DNA of 49,081 nucleotides from an uncultured Solirubrobacteraceae bacterium (GTDB lineage Bacteria; Actinomycetota; Thermoleophilia; Solirubrobacterales; Solirubrobacteraceae): NCBI GenBank assembly GCA_964588985.1, contig CAZPQW010000024.1, positions 1 to 49,081 of the forward strand, read 5' to 3'. Shown piece by piece: positions 28,431 to 37,492 of this stretch (position 1 is its first letter; each line of letters starts with the position of its first letter). The notes under the pieces were generated by a model. It saw only the letters and a program-made list of their open reading frames with translations, ran no database searches and was not told where the DNA came from. The position numbers and the translations under genes were made by a program.

Positions 28431-29687
28431 TCACGGGCGTCTATTGGTCACGCTCGGACCGGCTTGATCGGGAGTCTCAGCCCGATCGGGAACTTCGGAT
28501 GACCCGTTCGTGTTCTCAGCGACATCGCCGGATCCTCCGAGCGGTACTTCGTATGCGGTATGCCTCCTCGCTAGTTCTGCCCGAACGGTCAGCTCACGCC
28601 GTCGAAAACGGCCCAGTTCGACTTTTGGTTCTCCCGTTCTCGGTCGTCCAGCCTTGGCCCAGGCGTACCAGAAGGCCCGTTCGAGCAGGGCACGGTCGGC
28701 GGCGAAGTCCGGAGGCTCGAACAGCACCAGCACGATCGACAGGGGCGGTGGCGCCTCCTCTGCCTCGGCCCGGCGCTTACACGCCAGCAAGTCGAGATGC
28801 TCAACAGCCACGTCCGAGAACACCCGCGACCACTGCGAGAGTGAGATCGATGCTGGCCCACTGCCGATGGCTGCAACGCCGATCGACTCACACTGATGCT
28901 CGCCGGCAAGCTCAAAAGCCGCTGCCAGGCACTCACGCATGGCCTCGACCTTCGCCTCGCCATTGCGGTTCATCGATGCAACGTGAACGATCCCCTGCAT
29001 CTGCTGGATGGCGCCCGCGGAGGTCCACCAGGCATGCCCCAACTTGAACGGCTTGCCCTCTTGCGCGAGTCGCTCCACACCCTCGCCCGCAGCCAGCTTG
29101 ATTGCGCGCGCCACCTGCGCCCACATCTGGCCGTCGACGTCGTCATCGCTGATGACGGTGTCGACATTGAGCTGGGATACATCGCCTTCGATTACCCATA
29201 CGCCGCCATGCTCGTTGGCCGTGTAGAGCTGATCGGCGGGGGCGTTGGCCTGTTCTTCCCCCTCTCTCCAGCGAAGCAGACTCGCGCGCTCGACGCCCGC
29301 GCGCCGCTCACTCGCCCACGGCTGAGGCAGACCGCAGAAGTGACATAGGTCGGCCAGCGGGGTGACTATGTCGCGATGGCAGCGAACACAAGATCGAGCG
29401 AGTCGTGCCCCACACTTCGGGCAGTTCGTGGTCTCAAAGCTGTACGCAACATGAGTTGCCGCCCTACCTGATAGGCGCGTGCGCGCTACCAGCTCACGGC
29501 GAGCCTGCTTGTGGTAGTCACACCCACGCGGACAAACTTGGATCGGCGTCCTATCACCTTGTAGGTCTTCGTTGCGACGGAACTCGAACATCTGCCAACG
29601 AACTCTTGGCAGCGCTCTCCACAGCACCCGAACTCGCCTGTAGAGCCTTCGGGTCCCGGCTCTCAGTCCTCTGATCCTGGACTTCAT
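28431..29687 (-). CDS. Zinc-ribbon + macrodomain protein
   Basis: ATG 1 nt after upstream stop; CPRGC, CPKC, CVRC, CHFC; VWVIEGDVSQLNVDTVIS...VARAIKLAAG...GHAWWTSAG...IVHVA...SIGVAAIGSG macro fold pattern. Confidence 0.85.
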   Translation of the reverse strand: MKSRIRGLRAGTRRLYRRVRVLWRALPRVRWQMFEFRRNEDLQGDRTPIQVCPRGCDYHKQARRELVARTRLSGRAATHVAYSFETTNCPKCGARLARSCVRCHRDIVTPLADLCHFCGLPQPWASERRAGVERASLLRWREGEEQANAPADQLYTANEHGGVWVIEGDVSQLNVDTVISDDDVDGQMWAQVARAIKLAAGEGVERLAQEGKPFKLGHAWWTSAGAIQQMQGIVHVASMNRNGEAKVEAMRECLAAAFELAGEHQCESIGVAAIGSGPASISLSQWSRVFSDVAVEHLDLLACKRRAEAEEAPPPLSIVLVLFEPPDFAADRALLERAFWYAWAKAGRPRTGEPKVELGRFRRRELTVRAELARRHTAYEVPLGGSGDVAENTNGSSEVPDRAETPDQAGPSVTNRRP

Positions 29688-29688
29688 C

Positions 29689-31479
29689 TCATTCGGCCTC
29701 TTTGTCCAAGTGACCGTGCGTGACGATCTCGCGGATCTCCCGCTTGAATTCCTCCTGGCTGATGTTACGTCGCTGGATCTGGCTGAAAACGGTGACGCCC
29801 CCCTGACGCAGCTGCCCAACTGCTTCCTGGGCCTGACGGGAGGCGTGCAGAACCTGTCGCCGCTCGGAGGTCGCCTTCTCGCCCTCACGTTCATGAAGCC
29901 CGAACAGACGCACGTGGCAGATGAGCAGGCTCTCCTGCAGGGAGGCGAGGGTACGCCGCTCGTGCAGCTCGCCGACCAGATCGTGGGCGAGGTGCTCGGC
30001 CTTGTCAAACGCCGCGTCGGCTCGCTTTCGCTTGCCCAGCTTGAAGAGGCATTCGGCGAGCGCAAATTCGACGTCGAAGTCGCGCTCGGTCTGCTCTTCA
30101 CATACTCGGCGTGCCTGTGTCAGCGCCCAAGCCCGGACGATCTCTGGATCCTCCACGTCGCTCGCGCTGAACTCGTGCAGATCGGGCACCGACCCATCGT
30201 GGCGCTTTACGGCCGCGATGGCCTTCTGGGGAAGCGGATCGTCGAGGTGGTCCGCGTCGTAAGCAACCCACTCGAAGATGTCAGCGCGTACCCGGGCGAT
30301 ATCGAGCTGGGTGTCTGCCTTAGCGTGCTCGTCAACGCTCTCATCGAGTTTCGACTTGATGTCCGCAAGCTGGTCGAGGGTCTCCACAACAGCGGCGAGT
30401 CGCTCCCGGGGGCTGCGAGGGTCTGAGGCAGAGCCATCTTCGTTCTTGAACCTCGGCTTGGCGCGTGCGAAGAACTGCGCCTCGGCGATGATGCGCTCGA
30501 GTTGAAAGTACTCTGGATGTTTGTGATCGAGATCGAGCTCGTCGTGTTTGAAGCGGCTTACGGCCTCCTCGTACTCGCCGATGGTCGTGAGCATGTAGCC
30601 GAGCCAGTACTCGGTGAAGCGCTGCAGCTCACCGACGGCACCCGTCTGGGAGAGCAGCTCCAACGTCGCGATCGCTCCCTCGGTGTCGTCCTGGACAAAT
30701 TTGTCGATCGCACTGACAAATCGTGTGTAGGGATGCAACTCGACGTCCTGCACGCTCAAATAGCCCTCGATCGCGTTCAGTTCGTCCACCACTGCCTCCA
30801 AGGCGCGGAGCCTGTCGGGGTTCTTGATGATCACCTCGAACTCACGTTCGTGGAACACCTCAAACATCAACCGCTGCGCGCGCTCCTCGATCTCGCTCAC
30901 ACGCGCCTGCGCCTTGCTCTTCATCGTGCGCTCGGCCTCTTCGGTGGCCTCCTTGGCGAGCTTGAGCGTGTCGTTGACGAGCGATAGGGTCGTCTGGCTC
31001 TGTTCGAAGAAGGACGCATAGCCCTGCTCGGTCCGTCGCTGCGTCGCGACCTCACCTTGAACGGTCAACTCGTGTAGCTGGCTCGTGCGTCGCTGGTCGC
31101 GGAAGCTGAACACCACCCCTATCGCACCGCCAGCCGCGAGGATCCCTATCAGGACCGTAATGGGGGTGAAGACGCTGTTGGTCGTTTTCTGCACCTGTTT
31201 GAGTTCAAATGCCAGTTCGTGCACTTGGCCGGTCAGCGCAGCGAGTTCTTTCGTCTGAGTCGCCGCAGATGCGCTGGAGACGATCACCGTGAGCCCGAGG
31301 ACGATGAGCGCCACAAGGGCCCACACCACGCCCGACTGGGCCGGCGATGGCTTTTGCTTCGCATCCGTTGACTCGTCGGCACCGCTTGCACGCCGGATCG
31401 GCGCCCGTAGTCCGTCATCGTGTTTTGAGGCCACTTTCGTGAAGCACGCCCGCATACATCCACCCCCCGAAAAGCGCAT
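29689..31479 (-). CDS. Membrane-anchored coiled-coil/TPR-like helical protein
   Basis: Two N-terminal hydrophobic helices, heptad-like region, YWLGYMLTTIGEYEEAVSRF and FALAECLFKLGKRKRADAAF TPR-like units; start uncertain. Confidence 0.75.
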   Translation of the reverse strand: MRFSGGGCMRACFTKVASKHDDGLRAPIRRASGADESTDAKQKPSPAQSGVVWALVALIVLGLTVIVSSASAATQTKELAALTGQVHELAFELKQVQKTTNSVFTPITVLIGILAAGGAIGVVFSFRDQRRTSQLHELTVQGEVATQRRTEQGYASFFEQSQTTLSLVNDTLKLAKEATEEAERTMKSKAQARVSEIEERAQRLMFEVFHEREFEVIIKNPDRLRALEAVVDELNAIEGYLSVQDVELHPYTRFVSAIDKFVQDDTEGAIATLELLSQTGAVGELQRFTEYWLGYMLTTIGEYEEAVSRFKHDELDLDHKHPEYFQLERIIAEAQFFARAKPRFKNEDGSASDPRSPRERLAAVVETLDQLADIKSKLDESVDEHAKADTQLDIARVRADIFEWVAYDADHLDDPLPQKAIAAVKRHDGSVPDLHEFSASDVEDPEIVRAWALTQARRVCEEQTERDFDVEFALAECLFKLGKRKRADAAFDKAEHLAHDLVGELHERRTLASLQESLLICHVRLFGLHEREGEKATSERRQVLHASRQAQEAVGQLRQGGVTVFSQIQRRNISQEEFKREIREIVTHGHLDKEAE

Positions 31480-31574
31480 ACCCTACTAGTACGAGCATCT
31501 GGGATGGAACAAAGCACGCGCATCGCTCCGGTCCATCACCGATGACGGACGGTTGATCTGTCTAAATATGTGGC

Positions 31575-34500
31575 ATGGAGCAACCAGATGGTACGCCTGG
31601 CCCATCGGCGACCGGTCGGGCGCCTGCCCAGGAAGGCGCCGGTCTGGCGCTGATATCCCCCGAGCGCTTCGAAGCGCCCACCACGACGCCGGAGCTGGAC
31701 CGGCTGAGCATGCTCATTGCCAGCCCGAGCTTCGTGTTTGCGCGAATGGGGCTAGTTGCGGCCATCTACCAGGACGTGCTGCTTGGCGCGCGCAACATCG
31801 ACGGAGCGCTCGCCGAGATCAATGCGGCCGCGACAGCCGCGACAGCGCCGCCGGAGTACTGTCTGCGCCTGGGCGTCCTCGCGGTCATGCTGATCGCGAA
31901 CGGACGTCCCCGAGACGCGATGACACTCACGCGACTGCTGCTCGCCGCGACAGAACGCGCGCATGGTGAGCACAGCCATTCGTGGATCCAGGCGGCGACC
32001 GTATGGATCCAGGCCTCGTTGGCCGTCGGACTGACGCCCGGCTCGTCACAGCTACACGGGCTCACCTCCGTGAGCGACCAGTTGGTCGATCGAGCACGCG
32101 AGCTCGCCGACGGCGGACAGCTGCCCGCAGTCCTGTCGATCGTCGGGCAGCTCTGGCATCGCATCGCAGCCGACGACCCGGACGCCGACGGCGGCCAAGC
32201 CCTCGGGCGGGCGGTGAGGACGCTCGAAGAGGCGGCTTGCCTGGCGAGCCCGGCCGAGGCGCCCCGTATCAAGCTCGCGCTCGCGCAAGCGCAGGCGAGC
32301 GGCAGCGACGCACAGATAGAGGCAGCACGCACCGCCCGCGAGGCGATGTCGTCGATCGATCGCACGCAAAACCTCCACGAGTGGCTACAGGCACGCCGTC
32401 TCGTGCACGAGCTTGATCCCGACGCCAATGAATACGCTCCGGTGAGCATCGTCGAGCTGACCGAAGTTCGCGACAGCGCAGGCGTGAAGGCCGCACGCGA
32501 GCTCCTGCACGCCGAAGCACGCGATCTCGCCGATCACGGCCGCCACGCCGAAGCGGGACGTCTGCTGTGTGAGGCTTGGGAGCCGCTCGAACTCCACACG
32601 ACCAAGGACGAGCTGGCCCGCGAGGCGCTGCTCAGCACCGCGATGCACATGATCGACGAGGGCGCGATCCCGTGCCGCGCGCTGGACGCCGAGGAGGCGG
32701 CACGTTATGCGCTTGCGAGCGAGTCGCTCCCGCACGAGCAACGGCTGGCCGCCCGTGTGCACCTCGCGCTTCACAGCCCGATTACCACTGATGACGCGTC
32801 GGCGTGGCCGATCCGCGAGGCGCATCTGCTGGGAACACTCAACACGCGCATCTACCGCGAAGCGCTGGGCTTCGGCAGCGGTGTCGTGCACGCCACGCAC
32901 GCGAGTCGATCCCCGCTCGCGCTGCCAGCAGTCGCCTTTCGCCTCGAGGTGCTCGCGAGCTCCCTTTTCGCGGAGGTTCGGATCACGACGCTGGCGCACG
33001 GGGCGCTCGCGAGCGCTCTGCAAAGGTTGCAGAGCTGGCGGACCACAGCCGAATCGGCCGCCGACCCCGGCTCGCTGGAGGAGGCGCGCAAAGAACTTGA
33101 GGTGATGCTCGCCACGTGCGCCCAAGCAGCCCCGATGCTTGAGGTCAATCTGGGCGACTCCTGCCGGGAGTGGCAGCTCGAGGCTGGCCGACTGCTGTCC
33201 GCGCCGGCGCGCACCGCGCAGACCTCGTCGGTGATCCTCGCGGTAGAGCACAGCGCTGCCTTCAAGGGAGCCCTAACAACAGAGCTGCTCGACCGGGCCG
33301 GTCCCTGGCACGAGGGCGATGACGGCCGCAGCTATCGCAGGCAGATCGGTGAAATCGAAGCGAGCGAGCGACCCGTGCCACCGACCGCCGGTGTGGATGA
33401 GGACCTCAACGAAGAAGCGAGACGTTGCGCGTGGCTAGTCGCCGGCGAGCGTTTCTCTGGCGACTTGCAGAGCCACAGCCGTCGAAATCTGCAGGCGGAC
33501 TATGACGAAATGCTCCTGAGGAAAGTGACAGCCGAGAAGGTGGCTACGCCTCGACAGGCCGATCCGGTGCTGACCATCGACGGGCTGTTCGAACAGCTAG
33601 GGCCGCGCACCGTACTCGTCGACATGTTCCTCGGACGGAACGCCGATGGGCGCTACACGTGCTTCTCCACGCTCGTCTCAAAGGACATCCGCGCGCCGTT
33701 CTCCGCCCCGAGCGCCGCGGAGGAGCTCGTCACCTATCGAGATCCTCAGGATGCCAACCGACACGTCGCGCTGGACGGCATGGCGCAGCTGGTCGCCCAT
33801 GTCCGCCACTACGTGCGTGCTCTCGCCGGCCAGCGCCGTGTCAGCCGCGAGGGTGAGCAGGCGCTCGCGGCGGCGCGGTCGATGCTGCCGATTCCAGATG
33901 GCGCGCTTCGGGAGCTGAGAGAGCTGGGCTATGAGCACCTTCTGCTGTGCCCGCACGGACCGCTGGCGTTGATGCCCTTCCAGCTGCTGCCCATCGACGG
34001 AGGGACGCTCGCCGATGAGTGGACGATCACGACGATCCCGACGGTCGGCGGGCTGCTCGCCCCACCTGCGCCGGCGCCCAATCGAAGGGAGTCTCTCGGT
34101 CTGGTCGTCTCAGCGGACGGCGGGACGCCTTTCGGCCTCCAGCCCGAACCACGCCTGTGGGAGCAGGCCGCAGCCCTGCGGGAGCTGCCGATCGAGACGG
34201 AGATGCTCCCTCTCGGCCAGTCCACCCCACGGGCCGCGATTGAAGCGCTCGAGCTCCACAGGTATGTGCATATTGCGGCACACGGCTCGGCGCTCGACCA
34301 GGTGCCCTCGTATCACTGCCTGTTCCTCGACCCTCCCAGTGGCACGACTAACGACGGGCGCCTGTTCGCGCACACGGTCCTGGGCGCTGATCTGCGCGGT
34401 GTCGAGCTAGTGACGCTGTGCGCCTGCGAGACCGCCGTGGGCCGCTCCGATCGGGCGGGCAACCTCAGAGGACTACCGCTGGCGTTCATGATGGCCGGGG

Positions 34501-34694
34501 CGCGGACCGTGATCGCGACGCTCTGGCCGGTGGCGACGGAGCCAGCGATGGAGTTCTTTGTGGCGCTCTATCGTGAGCTGGCGGGGGGCGCAGCCAAGCG
34601 GGACGCGTTCGGTGTGGCGCAACGCGAGTGTCGCGCGAGCTTCCCACGCTTTGCGGATTGGGGCGCGTTCACGTACATAGGCGATTGGAGGTGA
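31575..34694 (+). CDS. CHAT domain (caspase-like) protease with long helical N-terminal region
   Basis: LLLCPHGPL..PF..L, YVHIAAHG (catalytic His), LVTLCACET (catalytic Cys), GL..AF..AGAR.VIATLWPV, WGAF.YIG. Confidence 0.93.
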   Translation: MEQPDGTPGPSATGRAPAQEGAGLALISPERFEAPTTTPELDRLSMLIASPSFVFARMGLVAAIYQDVLLGARNIDGALAEINAAATAATAPPEYCLRLGVLAVMLIANGRPRDAMTLTRLLLAATERAHGEHSHSWIQAATVWIQASLAVGLTPGSSQLHGLTSVSDQLVDRARELADGGQLPAVLSIVGQLWHRIAADDPDADGGQALGRAVRTLEEAACLASPAEAPRIKLALAQAQASGSDAQIEAARTAREAMSSIDRTQNLHEWLQARRLVHELDPDANEYAPVSIVELTEVRDSAGVKAARELLHAEARDLADHGRHAEAGRLLCEAWEPLELHTTKDELAREALLSTAMHMIDEGAIPCRALDAEEAARYALASESLPHEQRLAARVHLALHSPITTDDASAWPIREAHLLGTLNTRIYREALGFGSGVVHATHASRSPLALPAVAFRLEVLASSLFAEVRITTLAHGALASALQRLQSWRTTAESAADPGSLEEARKELEVMLATCAQAAPMLEVNLGDSCREWQLEAGRLLSAPARTAQTSSVILAVEHSAAFKGALTTELLDRAGPWHEGDDGRSYRRQIGEIEASERPVPPTAGVDEDLNEEARRCAWLVAGERFSGDLQSHSRRNLQADYDEMLLRKVTAEKVATPRQADPVLTIDGLFEQLGPRTVLVDMFLGRNADGRYTCFSTLVSKDIRAPFSAPSAAEELVTYRDPQDANRHVALDGMAQLVAHVRHYVRALAGQRRVSREGEQALAAARSMLPIPDGALRELRELGYEHLLLCPHGPLALMPFQLLPIDGGTLADEWTITTIPTVGGLLAPPAPAPNRRESLGLVVSADGGTPFGLQPEPRLWEQAAALRELPIETEMLPLGQSTPRAAIEALELHRYVHIAAHGSALDQVPSYHCLFLDPPSGTTNDGRLFAHTVLGADLRGVELVTLCACETAVGRSDRAGNLRGLPLAFMMAGARTVIATLWPVATEPAMEFFVALYRELAGGAAKRDAFGVAQRECRASFPRFADWGAFTYIGDWR

Positions 34695-34698
34695 TGAG

Positions 34699-35403
34699 AT
34701 GGCCGACGCACTGGTGCCGATGCCGGCGGTAAGTCACGGGGCGGACGTCGAGCTGACCGCGCAGGAGACGCTCGGGTGGGGTGGGCCGGTCCAAAGCCGT
34801 CTCGTGCTCGGTCGCTCTGATGTGGTGCCGATGGTCGCAGCGGAGGCGGTCGAGGACCAGCCGCTCGCCGCCTATCTCAAGAGCATCGCGCAGGAGTTCT
34901 CGCTTGTGCGCCTAACGCTGCGCCTCACCCTGCAACCAGCTCTCGGGGAGAGCATCGAGGAAGCGCTGTTCTCGCTGTCACTAGCGGCGCCGCAGGCCGA
35001 CGCCGCGGACCAGCCTTTCGTTCGCGCGCTCGCGCCGGAACGACTCGAGTCCGGGCCTTGTCGTGTGGACCGGGGAATCAAGCTCGGCTTCAAGGCGGGC
35101 GTGCCCGGGCTACCTGTCGAGGTCGAGGCGGGCTGGTCCAACGCCACGGCTGCGGAGAAGCGCTCCTTCTACTTGGTCGCGTACGGGCTCGGCACGACGT
35201 TGGTCGAGTGGCGCTTCAAGCGCACCCCGACAGTCGAGCTTGACGGCAGCTACGAGGTGGGTGCAATCGTCCAGCTCAAGCGCCACGTCGCAGCTGAGGC
35301 CGGCCTCTCCATTGGCGGTGAGGTGCGGGCGCATCATCGACGGCGGCAGCTCGAGGGAGTTGTGGGAGAGGGCTTCTCGCCTGTGGCGCTCAGCCCTGGT
35401 TGA
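34699..35403 (+). CDS. Beta-rich hypothetical protein coupled to the CHAT protease
   Basis: Starts 4 nt after CHAT stop with GGAGGTGA RBS; 234 aa; no signal peptide. Confidence 0.8.
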   Translation: MADALVPMPAVSHGADVELTAQETLGWGGPVQSRLVLGRSDVVPMVAAEAVEDQPLAAYLKSIAQEFSLVRLTLRLTLQPALGESIEEALFSLSLAAPQADAADQPFVRALAPERLESGPCRVDRGIKLGFKAGVPGLPVEVEAGWSNATAAEKRSFYLVAYGLGTTLVEWRFKRTPTVELDGSYEVGAIVQLKRHVAAEAGLSIGGEVRAHHRRRQLEGVVGEGFSPVALSPG

Positions 35404-35500
35404 GACGCACGCATGACCGCGTCTCGCGATGAGTCAGGATGCCCAAGGTTCTGACGGCTGGGCTAGTCCCGCTCGATGCAGGACCCTCAACCAGCTTCGC

Positions 35501-35893
35501 CCGACTCGCGCCAAATCTGCGCCAGTTCAAGCGCGGATCGTGCGGTTTCAGGCGGTTAACAGCGGTTTCGCGGCGCCGCGCACCCGTGGCGACCGACCGG
35601 CGGAATCCCGCTCAACGGTGCGGAAAACGGCTCAGGAAAGCCAAGAATCCGCGCACCCCGGCGAGACGCGACTTTCCGGACGTCCGGATTTCAAGACCGT
35701 TGCGGCGTTCTGCGGCTTCTAGCGGTCTCCAGCGGTTTCAGGAGGTTTGGTTTGCCCGCTCGTGGCTGGCTCTGATAGTGGATATCACGGTCCAGTAGCG
35801 AGGTGCTACGCCACGGCTGAGAAGAGCCTGGCTTGGTCCGCTCATGGTTATCTCCGTGGGCTTCGCGCCACAACGTGCGCCACGTATTGGCGC
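35501..35893. repeat. attP/attI-like recombination site, copy B
   Basis: First 57 bp match copy A at 55 positions; GAATCCCGCTCAAC..TGCGGAAAAC at same offset; core TTCAAGACC (35690); GCGG at 35702/35712/35722/35732; GCGCCAC pair (35865, 35877). Confidence 0.75.
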
Positions 35894-35934
35894 GACATAG
35901 ACGCCGCGGCACACGCATGCATTCCAGACGCGCT

Positions 35935-37356
35935 CTACATGCTGAAGGTCAGCTGATCTAGAGGGCGGTCAGTGGTTAGGTGCTCGTCAAGCCGGCGGTA
36001 TATGTGCCGCCTGATGACGGCGAGAGCGGCTCCTCTGACCCCGAGATATCGATGTGGCTGGTCCCGCGCCGCGGTTTGCACACTGACGGCGTCTCCAAAC
36101 ACGTGACGGAGCATCTCCTGCTCCGTTTCGAGGCCCTTGCGAACCTGCTCCACTGCGAACGAGCCGGTAAGCGTGATCGAGTGCGGATCCAAGAGCAAGG
36201 TTGGGGCGGTTAGCGCGCGGCCAATCAACCGTCCGATGTCTTCGAGCGCATAGACCATACGTGGGTCTTTAACCCTGTCCAGGGTTGCGCCCGTTTCGCT
36301 GACAGCACCGCGGAGCACACCCTCGTGCAGAGGCTCCACAGGAATGCCGGAAGCTGCCATCCGTCGGAACCACGCCGTACCGGTGGCAAGCGCTCCGAGA
36401 TGGCCGGTTTGGCCACAGCTGCAAGTCCAGCTCATGGATAAGGGTGCGAGGCCGTCGCTCCAGGACGATCGGTCGTTCAGTTCTTCCACGACCGCCTGAT
36501 CGACTGGGAGATGCGCGAGCTCTCCGGCGAGGTTGCGTGCGCCGCCGAGCAGCGAGGAGTCGATGAACGACAGGCGGGCCCGCCTGTGCTCCGCGCCGAT
36601 CATCGTTGCGGCTCCCAATTTGCCGCCCAAGCGGATGATCAGTTCGATTCGGCCCGCGTTGTCGTCGCGGTCGAGTGCACGTTCACGAGCGCGGTCGAAC
36701 ACGACTGCCATCGCGTGGGCATTTGCATCGTTCAGCGCGTGCGTGCGCTCGGGTGGGAAGTTCACGGCCTGCGCGACGGCGGCGGGCAGCGTTGGTTGGT
36801 CGTGTTTGGCCCAGTCAGGATGGAGGATCGTCCCGGCCGTGCGCATGCTTCCCCGTACTGGCGAAGGCCAGGCGGTAGCCAGGCCGATCACGGGCAGGTG
36901 TCCGTCGTGCAGCAGCTTTGGGTTCCTCTTTGCGCGGTTGAGCACGTCCCAAGTTATGTGGCTTATGCGCTGCAGGAGCATGCTGGGCGGCTGCTTGGTC
37001 TGCTCGGGGAGCGGCTCGTGCTCGGTCTCTTCGAACAGCTGGCCGTTGGCGTCGATCCAGCCGGCGCGGCAGGACTCCGTACCGAGGGCGACGGATACGA
37101 CGCCGCCCCACGCTGGGCCAAGTCGCTTAGGGCCGTTCGCCACGAGCGCTCGCTTGCGCAGATCGCCCATCACGGTGGCGACCGTCCGGCGCGACAGTCT
37201 CGTCACCTGCGCGATGTTCTCGTACTTAGATCCGATCGCGCCCTGCGCGAGTAGTGCGTGGACGACCGCGATCGTGGAGTCCGTTCGCCGGGAGTTGTGC
37301 GCCACGGCAAACACGATAGAGCCTGCCTGCATCGTTTCAAACCATCCTGAGTGCAT
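35935..37356 (-). CDS. ROK family transcriptional regulator-like protein
   Basis: N-terminal HTH (IAQVTRLSRRTVATVMGDL), NDANAHAMA, AGELAH, CSCGQTGHL, LLDPHSITLTG, GVRGAA. Confidence 0.85.
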   Translation of the reverse strand: MHSGWFETMQAGSIVFAVAHNSRRTDSTIAVVHALLAQGAIGSKYENIAQVTRLSRRTVATVMGDLRKRALVANGPKRLGPAWGGVVSVALGTESCRAGWIDANGQLFEETEHEPLPEQTKQPPSMLLQRISHITWDVLNRAKRNPKLLHDGHLPVIGLATAWPSPVRGSMRTAGTILHPDWAKHDQPTLPAAVAQAVNFPPERTHALNDANAHAMAVVFDRARERALDRDDNAGRIELIIRLGGKLGAATMIGAEHRRARLSFIDSSLLGGARNLAGELAHLPVDQAVVEELNDRSSWSDGLAPLSMSWTCSCGQTGHLGALATGTAWFRRMAASGIPVEPLHEGVLRGAVSETGATLDRVKDPRMVYALEDIGRLIGRALTAPTLLLDPHSITLTGSFAVEQVRKGLETEQEMLRHVFGDAVSVQTAARDQPHRYLGVRGAALAVIRRHIYRRLDEHLTTDRPLDQLTFSM

Positions 37357-37492
37357 TTTTAGCCGTTCTTTGCACGATTTTGCGAGCGCGAAGATGAAGG
37401 ATTAGCCTGATACAGTTCGAAATCCACTCCTCAGAACCCGGCGCAAGGACGCTTCGAAGCCACTCAGGGACGGGTCTAGCAGAACTGACCGA

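Noticed and set aside
29688-30101. N-terminal extension of the 556-aa macrodomain ORF
   Set aside because: Overlaps the upstream gene in another frame; the coupled ATG at 29687 is more plausible
34699-35403. Calling the CHAT partner a gasdermin
   Set aside because: No recognisable gasdermin features (e.g. N-terminal Cys); only a generic beta-hairpin pattern is visible
27682-35893. Repeated sites as CRISPR repeats, IS ends or integron attC sites
   Set aside because: Only two long copies in direct orientation, no spacers, no transposase, and no long attC-type palindrome
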